Source of the DNA: the human T2T-CHM13v2.0 reference genome, Homo sapiens
Direction: 5' to 3' (one strand)
Length of the DNA: 64,000 nt
Assembly: GCF_009914755.1 (NCBI RefSeq)
Contig: NC_060928.1
Shown: positions 29,098 through 44,306 of the stretch, one piece after another
Numbering within the stretch: the first letter of the stretch is position 1
How the letters are laid out: each line of letters starts with the position of its first letter
Position numbers and translations under genes: made by a program
The notes under the pieces: generated by a model
What the model was told of the DNA's origin: nothing
Database searches by the model: none
The model's input: the letters and a program-made list of their open reading frames with translations, nothing else

Positions 29098-29864
29098 TCA
29101 TTGTTGAGTGATGCTGAAATACAACTGCAGAAACTAGATATGACATCTATGGCAGGGACACATCTCAGACGAACGGAGTGTTCATGAAAGGACCTGATAG
29201 TGTTCCGCTGCATGAAACTTCAGCAGCTTATTCATGGCCGTAAACGAGTTTCTCCCCAAACCCCATCATTCGGGGTTCAGTGCACCTGACTGAAGGCTAC
29301 AAAGACATTACTGCGTGTATTTAGTGTGAGTTTGAGGCCAAAATAAAAAGGTAATATGGCATTATCATCAACTCACAATGTGCCTGACCGAGGCTTTGGG
29401 AGACACAACCCAAAGTAATAATTAAAAAATAATCTTCCTGTCGATTTTAAATCCTAGGAGCTGCAAAGGATAGAGGAAACCCCAAGTGGGCTTTTAAGAG
29501 CTCTAAGTTACCTGAAGAAACCTAGTTTCTGCCTCCTGAGATGGAGCTGACTCTCTGTTGCTGGAATATTGGTGATTTCTCCAAGGCCCTTCATATGTGG
29601 AGGGACTCCCTTGCTCTGCTCAGGGATTAACCATTCCTGGTCTCTGCAGTATAGGATGATTTCAATCTACTTACTTTAAAACATGTTTTAATTATGTTGA
29701 AAAAGTTTGTGTTACCATTAACTGGCAGTCTGATTTCTCTATCGAGGCTTTTTCAGGGTCATTTTTTTTTTCCAGTGCAGTCACATTATCGTGATTTTAG
29801 CTGTAATTGTTTGCATTGCATTAGTGGATTGTGGCTGCCAGGAAAGAGAACTAGCGATTTCTGG

Positions 29865-30060
29865 AATGCCTTCTACATAAGGCACCATGCTGGGTATACC
29901 ATTCATGAGACAATTCCTTAAAATTGGCAGTGATGTTAGCCCCAATTTAGACAGATGTTGAGACTCAGAGAGTTCCGATAGTTCTGTAGTTGATGGGTGG
30001 CAGAGTGATGATTTGAATGTTACCTCTGTCTAACCCCAAAGCCTATGTTTGTTCCACCAA
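29865..30060 (-). mobile_element. MIR SINE
   Basis: ccccaatttagacagatgttgagactcagagagtt...ggcagagtgatgatttgaa. Confidence 0.65.
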
Positions 30061-31561
30061 ACCCTTTGCGGATAGAATAAGGCACCTTTTTAATGGATTT
30101 GGAGCCAGGAGAGTGAGCAGGGCAAAGACATCCATATTTGCGCTTCCCATTTATACAATGGTTGCAAAATTATGGGTTTGAGGATGGTAGTGGGAAGTTT
30201 GTAAGAAGCTTCCCATTCTTGCAAATAATGAGGATACAGAATCTTTATTTTTTAAAGTTAAAAAAAAAATGCTACCTCCATGTGGAGTTTCAGTATGAAT
30301 CACATTAAAAAAAAAACAAAACCCTACATTGCTACTACTAAGCAATAAACATCTTTTGGTTCCTAAGATGAGAAATGAGGAAAGGTTTTCATTATAGCAA
30401 TTAAACTGTCTTAATGCAAATGAAATATGAAAAAAAAGCAAGAAATGTATTATTTTTCCTGCTTGATGAAAACAGCTTCCAGAATTATATCATAAAAGAA
30501 TATTTAATTAACTTTTAAATAAGAAGATGAACCTTTCCTTTTTATTGTAATTTCCCTAAAATATTTTGGTAATAGGTCTTACCCACACATGTACATAAGA
30601 ATGTTGTAAATAAAAACATATTTCTGGTGATGCATATTAATGAACCCTACAAAATATTTGAGTAATCTCTAAACATGAAGAATTTTGGTAGTGAAAAATG
30701 AATAAACGCATTAATGATCAAGATTAAAACTTAATGATAATCATTATCTATGAGTACAAACATTAAAAATGAGCATTCTAAATATCCTAAAATAAAGGTA
30801 AATCAATACAAATTAATAGGTGTTAGATTTTAGAGAAGCTTCCACATGGAAAATAGATTTTAAAAATTAGAAGAATATGATAGAAAAAAGCATAACAAAA
30901 TGAAATAAAACACAATATTAGAAAATCTCAGCTTGTGATTCAGTGCAAGAAAAAGAAAAAAACCTTCATGAGTGAAATTGAAAGTGATAAAACTAACTAG
31001 TTCCATGCCAGTAATAGACCCAGTAATAAGCAAAGTAAAAACTGAATTTAAAGAATTTGCAGAGGTAACTCTGAAAAAAGAGAATAATAAACAAGGCAGC
31101 CAAAGCATAATTTGTTTCATGGAGAGCTGAATATTCCTATTTCCTTTCTGGCATTAAAATATCAGCATTCCATGGTACAGTATTTTGATGTTATATTACA
31201 TTGTTTTGTATCATAACATCATGAAATAAATTCAACATTTTCAATACCCTCTTCCTTGGGCCTCATTTTGCTCACTGTAATTAGAAGAGATGAGCAGGAA
31301 GGACTTGATCAGAACCAAATTTCCAGAAATTCCTTCTAGCCCCCTTCTACCATATATCACTGATGCTTCCTTGTTGGGCCCCTCAACTAGAATATGCACC
31401 CCATTTTTATTTATTTGCCCCTTTGTCAGACTTAGTCTTGTGTTCAAACCCTTTATTTTCAAAATTCTGCAGGTGTGTTATACACCAAGTAAATGTCAGT
31501 GCTTTCTTCTTATTACCAAACCTGGGACATCCCTCAGGAAAATACATACATAGATGCATAA

Positions 31562-31586
31562 ACACACACACACACACACACACACA
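31562..31586. repeat. (CA)n microsatellite
   Basis: Direct reading. Confidence 0.9.
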
Positions 31587-31689
31587 AATACACTCTTGCA
31601 CACACAAGAGATCAGAGAATCAGGTCGTGACGGCTCTCCCTCTGCTCAGAAATCTTGACAGGCCTTCTAACTCTCTAAATTCCAGACAC

Positions 31690-32050
31690 TAAGGCTACAG
31701 ATGAAGGGAGGAGTTTCTGTCCCCTCTTCTTCAAGGTAAGGACAGCCAGTTAAACAGGCTGTTGTAATGCAAGGCATTATAATACTACAGCATGATATTT
31801 AGGATCATTGACATCAAACTGGGATGTCAGGGAAAGCTTCCCAGAGGTCATACTTGAGGTGATTATTAAATAAGAGTTTGTAAAGAGAAGAAGGAAGTTA
31901 AGAATGTTTCTAGGCAGAGGCTGCAGACTGTGTGGAGATACAGAGGCATGACAAGCCCCAGTATATTATGAGTCTGCAAGAAATTCCAGGTGTCTGAATT
32001 TCTGAGTGGAGGCACAGGTGGGGGAAGGCCATAGCTGTGGGTAGGGACGA
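31690..32050 (-). mobile_element. L2 fragment
   Basis: gtcagggaaagcttcccagagg...ttctaggcagagg. Confidence 0.55.
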
Positions 32051-32164
32051 TGTACCATTAGTTATGCTCATGTCCATCTCCCCACCTTGATTCTAAGTGC
32101 TTTATGCATAGAAAAAGCATCGTACTTATTTTTGCATAGTTCCGCAGCCTCAGCTAATGCCTTA

Positions 32165-32585
<421 letters not shown>

Positions 32586-33165
32586 TTAATAAAAGGTAGC
32601 AGATTTTCAATTACTTATTTCTCTGAATTCCAATGATTGAGAAGTGTACTGTCTGAAAGATGACTCAGGCTGTAGACAGAGGTACAGATATTCCACAACA
32701 TCCTCACTTGCTACAATTTGGGGGTACCTTTCCTCTATGTCTAACTCCTGGTTCCTTCAGAGCAATTTTCCGTTCATTGCTTCTGTTGACATTGCTCTCT
32801 TCCTCTTCCAAGGACTTGAACTTCAGAACTCCTTTTACCTCCATTCCAGCCAATGCACTAACTTCCCTCTTGAGGATGAGCCCAGAAACCTCAGGACCCA
32901 CTTTCAAAGCCATCTCCAGCTACTGACGCTTGAATTAAGCAAAGCGTTGGTCCCTTTTTCCCAAGAAGAACAAAAACTTCACAAAAATAAATTCAGGAAG
33001 AGCATACTATTTCAAGACTATGGATATATTCATATAGATGGATGTTTTATTTTCCAAATAAGTTCTTATTTGAGCCAGTGCCTGACACATTGCTTCGTAA
33101 ACTCACACTAGAGGTTGGAGTTTATGGATTATCTCAGGAATGGCTTGAGACATCTCCAAATGTGA

Positions 33166-33680
<515 letters not shown>

Positions 33681-34218
33681 GAGAGTTCTTAATCACTTCT
33701 CTTTTTTGGCCAATTACTGTACTTCAGGGCCTTTTAAATGTGATTTTATGGCTACAGAAACCTAACATCATATTCAAAAGATTCTTTAAAGTGATCTAAA
33801 AACCAAAACCAAAACAAAACAAAACAAAAAAAACACTAACCTTTGAGCCTATGCCAACACATTGCAGAGAAATGTTCTTATTTGTTAGGGGTTTGTTTCA
33901 GTAAAAATGACAGATAATGCCATCACTGTCTGATCACCCATACATGGCTTGAAGCCATTTCTGGCTGCCCAGTTGTCTTGTCTTTCTACCTTTCCTTGCA
34001 TGATGATAATCCTTACTGCTTAACTGCCTTGTGGGATACTTTTCAACTATCAAGGACTATCTTGAGTATTTTTTCACTCTCACCCATACAGATACTAGCT
34101 CTCCAGTATTTCTTCTAGGAAACAATAGCATAGACATTGTTCATGAAATCAAGCATTAGGTCTCCACTGCACTCATAATCTGGCTGCTCTTTTCAGTAGG
34201 GTGGACACCGGCAGTCAG

Positions 34219-34229
34219 TGCTGACTCAT
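34219..34229 (-). promoter_or_regulatory. NRF2/BACH-sMAF (ARE) consensus site
   Basis: TGCTGACTCAT, reverse complement ATGAGTCAGCA; motif match only. Confidence 0.3.
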
Positions 34230-34687
34230 AGGGTACACTGTAGTAGTAAGCAATGTCTAACCTAAAACTAACCCTGCCAACACCTTGAGCTTGGACTTCC
34301 AGCCTCCAAAGGGTAGGCAGTGAACAGCAGCTCTCTATCCAATCAATTTTGCTTTACCTCAAAACCTTAGCTAATTCTTGAAACCAAATAAATTTCTAAT
34401 TATTGATAATAAAGTATTTGAAACAATATTTAAAGAAATATATACTTCCACTCTAGGCATAATCAGATATCTTGCATAGTAAACCTCAAAGTTATCAACT
34501 GCTGCTTAATCTTTTTCTCATCAAACGTATCATGAGGCCTGAACAGCTTCTTAAGGTGACACATTCTTTGGGTTGTATTTGTGGCTCTGGGTAGGGCTTT
34601 GCAATGGCCTGGGAACTTGATGAAAGACTTTTTGTGTGTCATCTCATTTTCCTCCGTCTCATCTTCATGCCAATCCTCTAAGATAGG

Positions 34688-35448
34688 TGCCGTGGACTGA
34701 GTTGTGCTCCCCAAAATTTGCATTTTGAAGCCCTAACCCCCAACATGACAGTATTTGGAAATAGGGCCTTTAGGAATGTAATTAAGGTGAAATGAGATTA
34801 TAAGGGTGAAGCCCTAATCCAATAGGACTGGTGTTCTTGTAGGTAAAAGAAGAGACACCAGAGGCCCAAAGGTCAGGCCATGTGTATTAATCTGTTCTCA
34901 CACTGCTATAAAGAAATACTTGAGACTGGGTAATTTATATAAAGAAAAGGGGTTTGACTGATTCACAGTTCTGCATGGCTGGAGAGGCCTCCGGAAACTT
35001 ACAATCATGGCAGGAGGCGAAGCAGAAGCAGGCACCCTCTTCACAAGGCAGCAGGAGAGAGTGAGTGCAAGCAAGCAGGGGAAATGCCAGGTGCTTAAAC
35101 CATCAGATCTTGTGAGAACTCACTCACTATCATGAGAACAGCATGGGGGAAACCAGCCCCGTGATCCATCACTTCCCACTGGGTCCCTCCCACAACATGT
35201 GGGGATTATGGGGATTACAATTCAAGATGAAATTTGGGTGGGGACACAGCCAAACCATATCACTATGTGAGGACACAGAGAACAGGTGGCCATCTGCAAG
35301 CTGGGGAAAGAGCCCTGACCAGAAACTAACCCTGCCAACACCTTGAGTTTGGACTTCCAGCCTTCAGAACTGTGAGAAAATACATTTCTGTTGTTTACGC
35401 CATCCAGTCTGTGGTGTTTTGTTATGGCAGCCCAAGCAAACGAATACA
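34688..35448 (+). mobile_element. MLT1A-like MaLR LTR, interrupted by an MST LTR
   Basis: tgccgtggactgag...gttatggcagccc...aataca; TSD atagg/aaagg. Confidence 0.88.
34883..35262 (-). mobile_element. MSTA/THE1-type MaLR LTR nested in MLT1
   Basis: tgtattaatctgttctcacactgc...ggacacagccaaaccatatca; TSD ccatg/ctatg. Confidence 0.92.
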
Positions 35449-36842
35449 AAAGGTGTTGGCCTCATGTAGCAAGAGAGGAAACCAAAAGGCAGAGGACTGA
35501 GTTAAATCACCATGAGGTTGAAGAGCTCAAAAAATAGGGACCTTAGTCTGTCCGAAGTCAAAATCCACACTTTTTTCCACTTCATCACACAGGTTCTCTG
35601 TGTAACTACTCAGTCTTGCCCCATCTCAGTCCTTACCCCAGGGAGAAATTGGGCCTTTCAGCAGCTTCTTGGTCCAGGAAATTTGGCTCAGGCATCATGA
35701 AAACCCAAATTCCCTATGGACAATGCAGCTCCACCATCCCTCTCTTTGTTCACCGAATTGGCACAAAAGCACCTCAAGATCATCTACTTTAACCCCTTCA
35801 CTTTGCAGACAAGGCAGGAAGAAGTTAAGTTTGTGGCTGGCCTTTTCCAAATAGGATAAGATTTTCCTCTGAATTTTTGATACTCAATAGCTCAGAAATG
35901 TTATAATATGCATTTTAACCAATAATATAAATTAGTTATTAAGTCATCTGGCAGGGTCCCAGCTCTGTTATAGGCTGCTTTTGACACAGAATTATGGCTA
36001 AACTGCTTTACAAGGGCCAAATCATTTTCCTCGAAACATAAAACACATGTAACCAGATCACATCCAGGCTTTATAAACAGACGTGTGTCTGTACCACTTG
36101 CTCAGCAGAATCCACTGTGGGCTCTGCTGCCTGTTTATGGAGCTGTGGGTGCATCAGCAGGAAGCAGTGTCCCAGGCAGGGTAGTGGGAGGCACCCTAGC
36201 CCAGCAGGAGTGGCAATAGATGAACTGTCATTTTATAGCATCTACCTGCCTTTGACTCACACATCACCAAGAGTCAAAACGCATTGAAACCTATTTTTAA
36301 CAGCCAGGCAAAGGGAGAAAGACTTGTGGAAGGAATTTAAAGTCTTCTCTTGAGAATGTAACACAAGCTACCCTCTAAAACTTTCTTGGGAGAAAGAGTT
36401 TTTGTTTGAAGGAGAATTAAAACTCAAACTCCGCTGAAAAGCACAAACAAAAGCTATTGTTGCTTAAGCAAGAAAGAAAGATGGAAACTACAAGATTAAG
36501 AAATGAGGCGGTGTGGGGCAGCAGTGGGGTCAGAATGTTTGGTTTGCAGGTAAGATGTGGTCTGCGAGAAATTAATGAGGGAGGAAAGAGAGAAAGATGT
36601 CACAATAGAATTAAATCAGAGGTCATGTCCTCAGGCAGATGTTCACAAGATCTATCACACTCCAATTAAGAGTCTACAACACAAAAACAAACGTGGTGCT
36701 TAAAAATGAAGGAGGTGGATCTTCAGAAAACTTCAAAAAGAATAGTCAGTGGCTAAGAGATCAGGGCAGGACAAGAAAGGTGAATGTGTTGGCTCCCATC
36801 CAATTAAGGACTGTTTCAAATTTTATGTCCAGATTATGGCAT

Positions 36843-37455
<613 letters not shown>

Positions 37456-37785
37456 GTCTTCTTCAAGAGATGGCCTCTGTGGTTCCCCGGATTTTCTCCC
37501 AATCCATATCATCAGACTCAGAATCAAAACATGCGTTCCTTTTCTTCTGTCATTGCTCTGGACAAGAGCCATCAACATCTCCCCATGGCCTTCTTGGTGA
37601 ATTTCAAATGTTTCAGCCCTGCACTCAAGGCTCTGCATGGTGCCTGCCGTCTCACTCTACAAAGTTTCATCGTGTGCTTCCCAACGGGAACCTGTGGCCC
37701 AGACTGGAAATTTTATGCATTTTCCCCTCAAATAAAATCTGTACATTCCTACAGTCTCACCTTAGTTCTTCATATATCTTCTATC

Positions 37786-38059
37786 CTTTTCTTTTTAAGA
37801 GGTAGTGACTTATTCTGTTGCCCAGGCTGGAGCACAGTGGTGTGATCATAGCTCACTGTAGCTGTGAACTCCTGGGCTCAAGCAATCCTCCCACCTCAGC
37901 TTCCTAAGTAGCTGGGAATACAGATGTGTGACACAATGCCTAATTTTTTTATTTTTTTATAGAGATGAGGTCTCACTATGTTGCCCAGGCTGGTCTCGAA
38001 CTCGTGGCCTCACACAATCAAAGTGCTGGGATTATAGGCATGAGCCACCATGCCCAGCC
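37786..38059 (-). mobile_element. AluJ with internal deletion
   Basis: gatcatagctcactgtagc...ctgggctcaagcaatcc. Confidence 0.9.
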
Positions 38060-38073
38060 TCTTTCTCCTTCTT

Positions 38074-38371
38074 CTTCTTCTTCTTTTTTTTTTTTTTTTT
38101 TTTGAGACAGAGTCTTGCTCTGTTGCCAGGTTGGCATGATCTTGGCTCACTGCAACCTCCGCCTCCTGGGTTCAAGCGATTCTCTTGCCTCAGCCTCCCA
38201 GTAGCTGGGATTACAGGTGCCCACCACCACGCCCAGCTTATTTTTGTATTTTTAGTAGAGACGGGGTTTCACCATGTTGGCCAGGACGGTCTCGATCACT
38301 TGACCTCGTGATCCACCTGCCTCGGCCTCCCAAAGCGCTGGGATTACAGGCGTGAGCCGCCACTCCCAGCC
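38074..38371 (-). mobile_element. AluSc-like
   Basis: TSD tctttctccttctt at 38060-38073 and 38372-38385. Confidence 0.94.
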
Positions 38372-38577
38372 TCTTTCTCCTTCTTTATAATCAAATTCCA
38401 GTGACCACCTGATCCTTCAAGACATCACTCACATATCCTTTCTTCTGGGCTCGTTGTGCTGCATGTTCTCTTCTACCACTCTTCTATGAAGCTTCTGACA
38501 TGTCTCTTCTAAACACGTATCTCTTAATTTTGGGGGCTGTATGGCTGTTTCCTCCACACAACCCTGAGAGTTTAACT

Positions 38578-38785
38578 CAGGGATTGGCAAACCTTTTTGG
38601 TAAAGGGCCAAACAAGAAAGACTTTTGGCTTTGTGGGCTCTGTGATCTCTGTGGCAACTACTCATCTGCTGAAAAGCAGCCGTAGACGAGATGTAAGCAC
38701 ATAGGCACGGCCATGTTCCCATACAGCGCTTTATAAACACAGGTGACCGCATCTGGCCTGGAAAGCACAGTTTGCCAACCTCTTG
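38578..38785 (+). mobile_element. MER58A (hAT-Charlie)
   Basis: gggattggcaaaccttt...gtaaagggcca...ggctttgtggg...agtttgccaacc. Confidence 0.82.
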
Positions 38786-39219
38786 CCCTGCTTGGACAAG
38801 GACAGAGTCTTCTTGCTATTATTATATAATAGATAATAAATGTTCATTAGAGGATAAATCCCTCAAAACTCAATTCAACTTGATTTCTTCCATAACCTTT
38901 CCTTGACAGTCACGGACACAGCAGCATTTTCCAACTTCCGAACATCTTCAAGTATTTGGTATCCAGGTATCTCCTCATATGACTCTCGCCATCATTGTGT
39001 GATATTCACTTCATGCTGCTGTGATGAATTAGGGTTGATCTATATCATTTCCAGAGTCTTTTGTTCTAAAATCCTATGGGTCAGTTCATTGTCTTGTACT
39101 GCCACCGACTTGTATATTTTTGGGTTTTCTCCACTTCAAATAAATTATAAGCTTCTAGAGAATAAGCCATATCTAATTTTTCTTGGGATTGCTAAAATGC
39201 TTTATATAGTGCTTTTGTC

Positions 39220-39780
39220 ACAATATTCATTCATTTATTCATGTAACACTGTTTGTGGGATGATATGTAGCACAAACATAAAAATAAGCAAAATGGAAAT
39301 GGCCCCTGCTTCAGCTGAAGTCAAAGTCTAGTGAACTAATGATTGTATCATCATAAATTGAGATGTACTTTCTGAAAGAAAGTACATAATTTTTAAACAA
39401 CATTGCACAAAGAAAGCAAACAAATACTGGGGCAGGTAGAGGAAGGAAGGGCAGGAAGGACTTCCCTGAGGAAGTAATGCTTGAATCAAGATCCATTTAT
39501 TCAACCAATTCAGTACATATTATTTGCCAGGCATTATTCTAAGCACTTGGAATATAGTGGCAATCTAAGCAGACAGAGGTTCCTGCCTTGGTGGAGCTTG
39601 TTTTCTAATGGGAGCTGAAGAGTAAGTAAAAATTAGATTGAAAGGAAAAAGGGGTTGAATAACATTTCTGAAAGAAGGAACTGCATGTACAAGGATCCTG
39701 GGTGGGAGGGGGCGTGGCACCATCCTTGCAGTGGCCCGTCCCACTGTGGATGGGGGCTTGTTGAGGTGTGACCTCATAGG
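39220..39780 (-). mobile_element. L2 fragments
   Basis: attcattcatttattca...; tgccaggcattattctaagcacttgg. Confidence 0.6.
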
Positions 39781-39894
39781 TAATGTAACCATATAATTTA
39801 TTCTCTAAAGCAGAACACTCTTGACAGTAAATGAGGCATTATGAATCATTACAACAAGCAAAAACTGGTATCGTTCCAGCATATTGGATATATG

Positions 39895-40535
<641 letters not shown>

Positions 40536-41104
40536 TCAGTGTGAAGAGGCCAGTTGGTATGCTACTGCAGACATCCAAGTAATAGAGCAGTGTGGCCTGA
40601 GCTGGGGGTGGGGAGCAGAGGAAATAGAGAGAGAGAGGGGAATAATATTTAGAGGTATTTCAGAAGCAATTTTAACAGGACTTGGGTGATATTATTAGTG
40701 GTGGAAATGAATGGAAGAAAGCATGGGGTGAAGTAGAATGGGAAGGTCATGTTGGAAGGAAGAGAGAGTTTACATATTCAGGTGCCCAGACCTACTCTTG
40801 GCACCAGCCACTAAGCCTGGGAGTATTTTGAGAGCTGGTCTTAATGAATCTGAAGATTGCAGCTAACACCACAATTTCCATTAGTGATAATTAGTAAGAG
40901 TGTAACTGAGGCTTTGACATGGGAAAGAGGTTGATAGAGCAAAGTACTCCCCAATGGACAATGAGTAATAATTTGTGCTTTTGTCAAAATTGCTGGTGGA
41001 CTTTGTGTACTTTTAGGGAAGCAGAGGTTTTCATGGTGGAGGGTAGCTTGATATTGAAAATTCAATATTAGGTGCTAGAATACCAGAGTCAAGAGTAAAG
41101 AGTT

Positions 41105-41397
<293 letters not shown>

Positions 41398-42144
41398 TTA
41401 TAGGAAGTGACAACCAGACCAACAAATAAGAGCAAGAGCCGTGATTTGTGGACATTGATGTTTCAGAGAGATGTTTAGCTGAAATAAGCAACCAGGACTA
41501 TATCTGGAAGCTGAGTTTAATACATAATTCAGAAACCACCTTAACTCACTGCTTTAGTTTTAAATGAGATGTTGAAATTGTTGTCCAGCAGTAGTGCAGA
41601 GCTGACTCCTCATCAGTCATTTCTCTGGCCAGCACGTGCTGCCCAGGTGGGAGAATTTCGTTTCGTTCTGAGAGCTTTCAGTCAATCCGATTGCATCTGA
41701 CCGAGAAGGTCTCAGTAAAGATGTCACTTCACCTTTTACCCTCAGGCTGAGTCAGCGAGGAAAGCAAAAGAAACTGAGTGGCCAAAGCTCTCGACTACAT
41801 GTCAAGAATCCTTTGCCCCTTCCTCCCACAGCTTCACGCAACTTCACTGTTAGCCAATTATTGTACCCCTTTACTTAGGAGTACCCAGTTACAGAATTGT
41901 TAGATGTAAAACAATCCACTCGTCTTAACCATGCAGAGATACTGAAGAAGGAAAAGGAGCTTGAATAGTGAGCTCTTTGTGTGTGCATCTGTTCTTGCAA
42001 TATGCTGATCCTCGATCACCTCTGCCTAACCCACGTTTCAAAACTCTTTGCAAGTAAGGATGTGGAAATAGTTCCACCTGAGGCCAGATGTGAAATTCAG
42101 GTTGGGACTTGGAGCTGTAAAATATCGTACCTTGACTTCTTTCA

Positions 42145-42440
42145 AAATCAAAATATTCAATTACACAGCCATTAAAAAAGATGTTATAGAAATATGTTTC
42201 AAGACATTGGAAGATATTCATGAGAAATTATTAAATCAAATACTAGATTATAAAAGAATGTGCTCAGTATAATTCAATTTCTATTTTTAAAACAGGTGTA
42301 GAAAGGACTTGAGTGTAAAGTAAAATCTTAAAAGTAGTGACCTCTAGGTAGTGAAACTAGTAAAAATTTTTATTTTCTATGTTTAGATTAACAATATTGT
42401 TTAAATTGTTCAGTAACAGGTACTACTTGTGTTATAAAAA
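42145..42440 (+). mobile_element. Ancient L1ME 3' end
   Basis: acacagccattaaaaaagatg...agtagtgacctctaggtagtg. Confidence 0.6.
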
Positions 42441-42579
42441 TGTATGTACTTCTAAATGTACTATCCAACATTCATAAACGTGCATGGAAGCCACACTATA
42501 TTATCATCCATCCAGTGAAACAGGGATATAACCTGGCCGCTCTCGTGTAATGACAGAACATTCAATTCAAAGTTGGGCA

Positions 42580-42873
42580 GGCCCAGCATGGTGGCTCGCG
42601 CCCGTAATCCCAGCAGTGTGGGAGGCAAAGGCAGGAGGATCACCTGAGCCCAGGGGTTCACGACAAGCCTAGGCAACATAGGGAGACCCCGCCTTTATAA
42701 AAAATTAAAAATTGGCTGGGCGTAGCGACATGCGCTTGTTGTCCCAGCTACTCAGGAGGTTGAAGCAGGAGGATTGCTTGAGTCCCGGGTGTCAGGGCCT
42801 CAGTGAGCCATGATGACACCACTGCACTCCAGCCTGGGTGACAGAGCAACACCCTGTCTCAAAAAAAAACAAA
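42580..42873 (+). mobile_element. AluJ
   Basis: Both arms. Confidence 0.92.
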
Positions 42874-42904
42874 GACGACTAAGTATCGCTGCCTTGCTTT
42901 GCCC

Positions 42905-43070
42905 CCTTTGGTAATTTAGGAGACTTCACTGTGCCTCAGCTGTCCCATTTGTAAAACAAGATTCATAATGGTTGTTAATTCTAAAGTTGTAAGAATAGAT
43001 GAAAAAAATGCTTACAAATTGCTTAACATAGAGTAAGCTCCTGAAAAATATTAGTTAATCTTATGATTAC
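42905..43070 (+). mobile_element. MIR SINE
   Basis: ctgtgcctcagctgtcccatttgtaaaa. Confidence 0.65.
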
Positions 43071-43164
43071 TTAGGTAATACTCTTCTTGAATAGGTGCCA
43101 AGAAGTTTCCAGAATTGAGTGTTGTATTTTGTGGGCACCAAGTGCTTCAAAGAAGGATGTCTCA

Positions 43165-43570
<406 letters not shown>

Positions 43571-43942
43571 TTAGCCAGAGGGGCTGACATTTCCTGTCCC
43601 TTGCAAGCAGTTATCCTACAGCATACCTGATACTTTTAAGTGACTTGGCTCCCCGTAGATTCTTGATCCATCCAACGCAGAAATTCTAGCACTGAACCTA
43701 GGCGAAAAAAAAAATGTTACTATTCCTGTGTCTTTTAGGTTACTCTGGGCACTGAACTGAGGCTTTTGTGTATGGAGTGACCAGATAACTTCAAGGATGG
43801 TAATTGATGATACCAAAACCCTATTGACAGAGTCATTTTATTGGAACTAAAGAGAGTTTGGGGTAGATATATATTTGGGGAACATAATTTTACTTGCTTA
43901 GGGTTATTTAAACATATACAAAAGTAGAGGGAATATTGTAAT

Positions 43943-44306
43943 TGCCTTAGTTCATTCAAGCTGCTACAACAAAATACTACAAACTGGGTGACTTATAAAC
44001 AACAGAAATTCATCTCTCATAGTTGTGGAGGCTGGGAAGTCCAAGATCAAGGTGCCAGCAGATTCAGCTTCTGGTGAGGGCCTGCTTTCTTGTTCGTAGG
44101 TGGCACCTTCTCTCCATGTCCTCACATGGCAGAAAGAGCAAGGCAGCTCTCTAGGATCTCTTTTATAAGGGTACTAATTCCATTCATGACTCCATCCTCA
44201 TGACCTAATCACCCCCGCCAAAGGCCCCACCTCTTAATACCATCATCTTGGGAGTCAGAATTTCTACATATGAATTTTCAGGGACACAAACATTCAGACC
44301 ATAGCA
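43943..44306 (-). mobile_element. MLT1A-like MaLR LTR
   Basis: tgccttagttcattcaagctgct...acattcagaccatagca; TSD gtaat/ataat. Confidence 0.9.

Noticed and set aside
31715-31741. Pyrimidine tract plus AAG|GTAAGG as a recursive site
   Set aside because: AAG is a poor acceptor and the site lies in an L2 relic
32644-33111. 155-aa ORF and overlapping ORFs
   Set aside because: GTG start, no recognisable domain, no splice, poly-A or TSD evidence for an exon or retrocopy
41051-41068. 8-bp AT-rich inverted repeat
   Set aside because: Chance level
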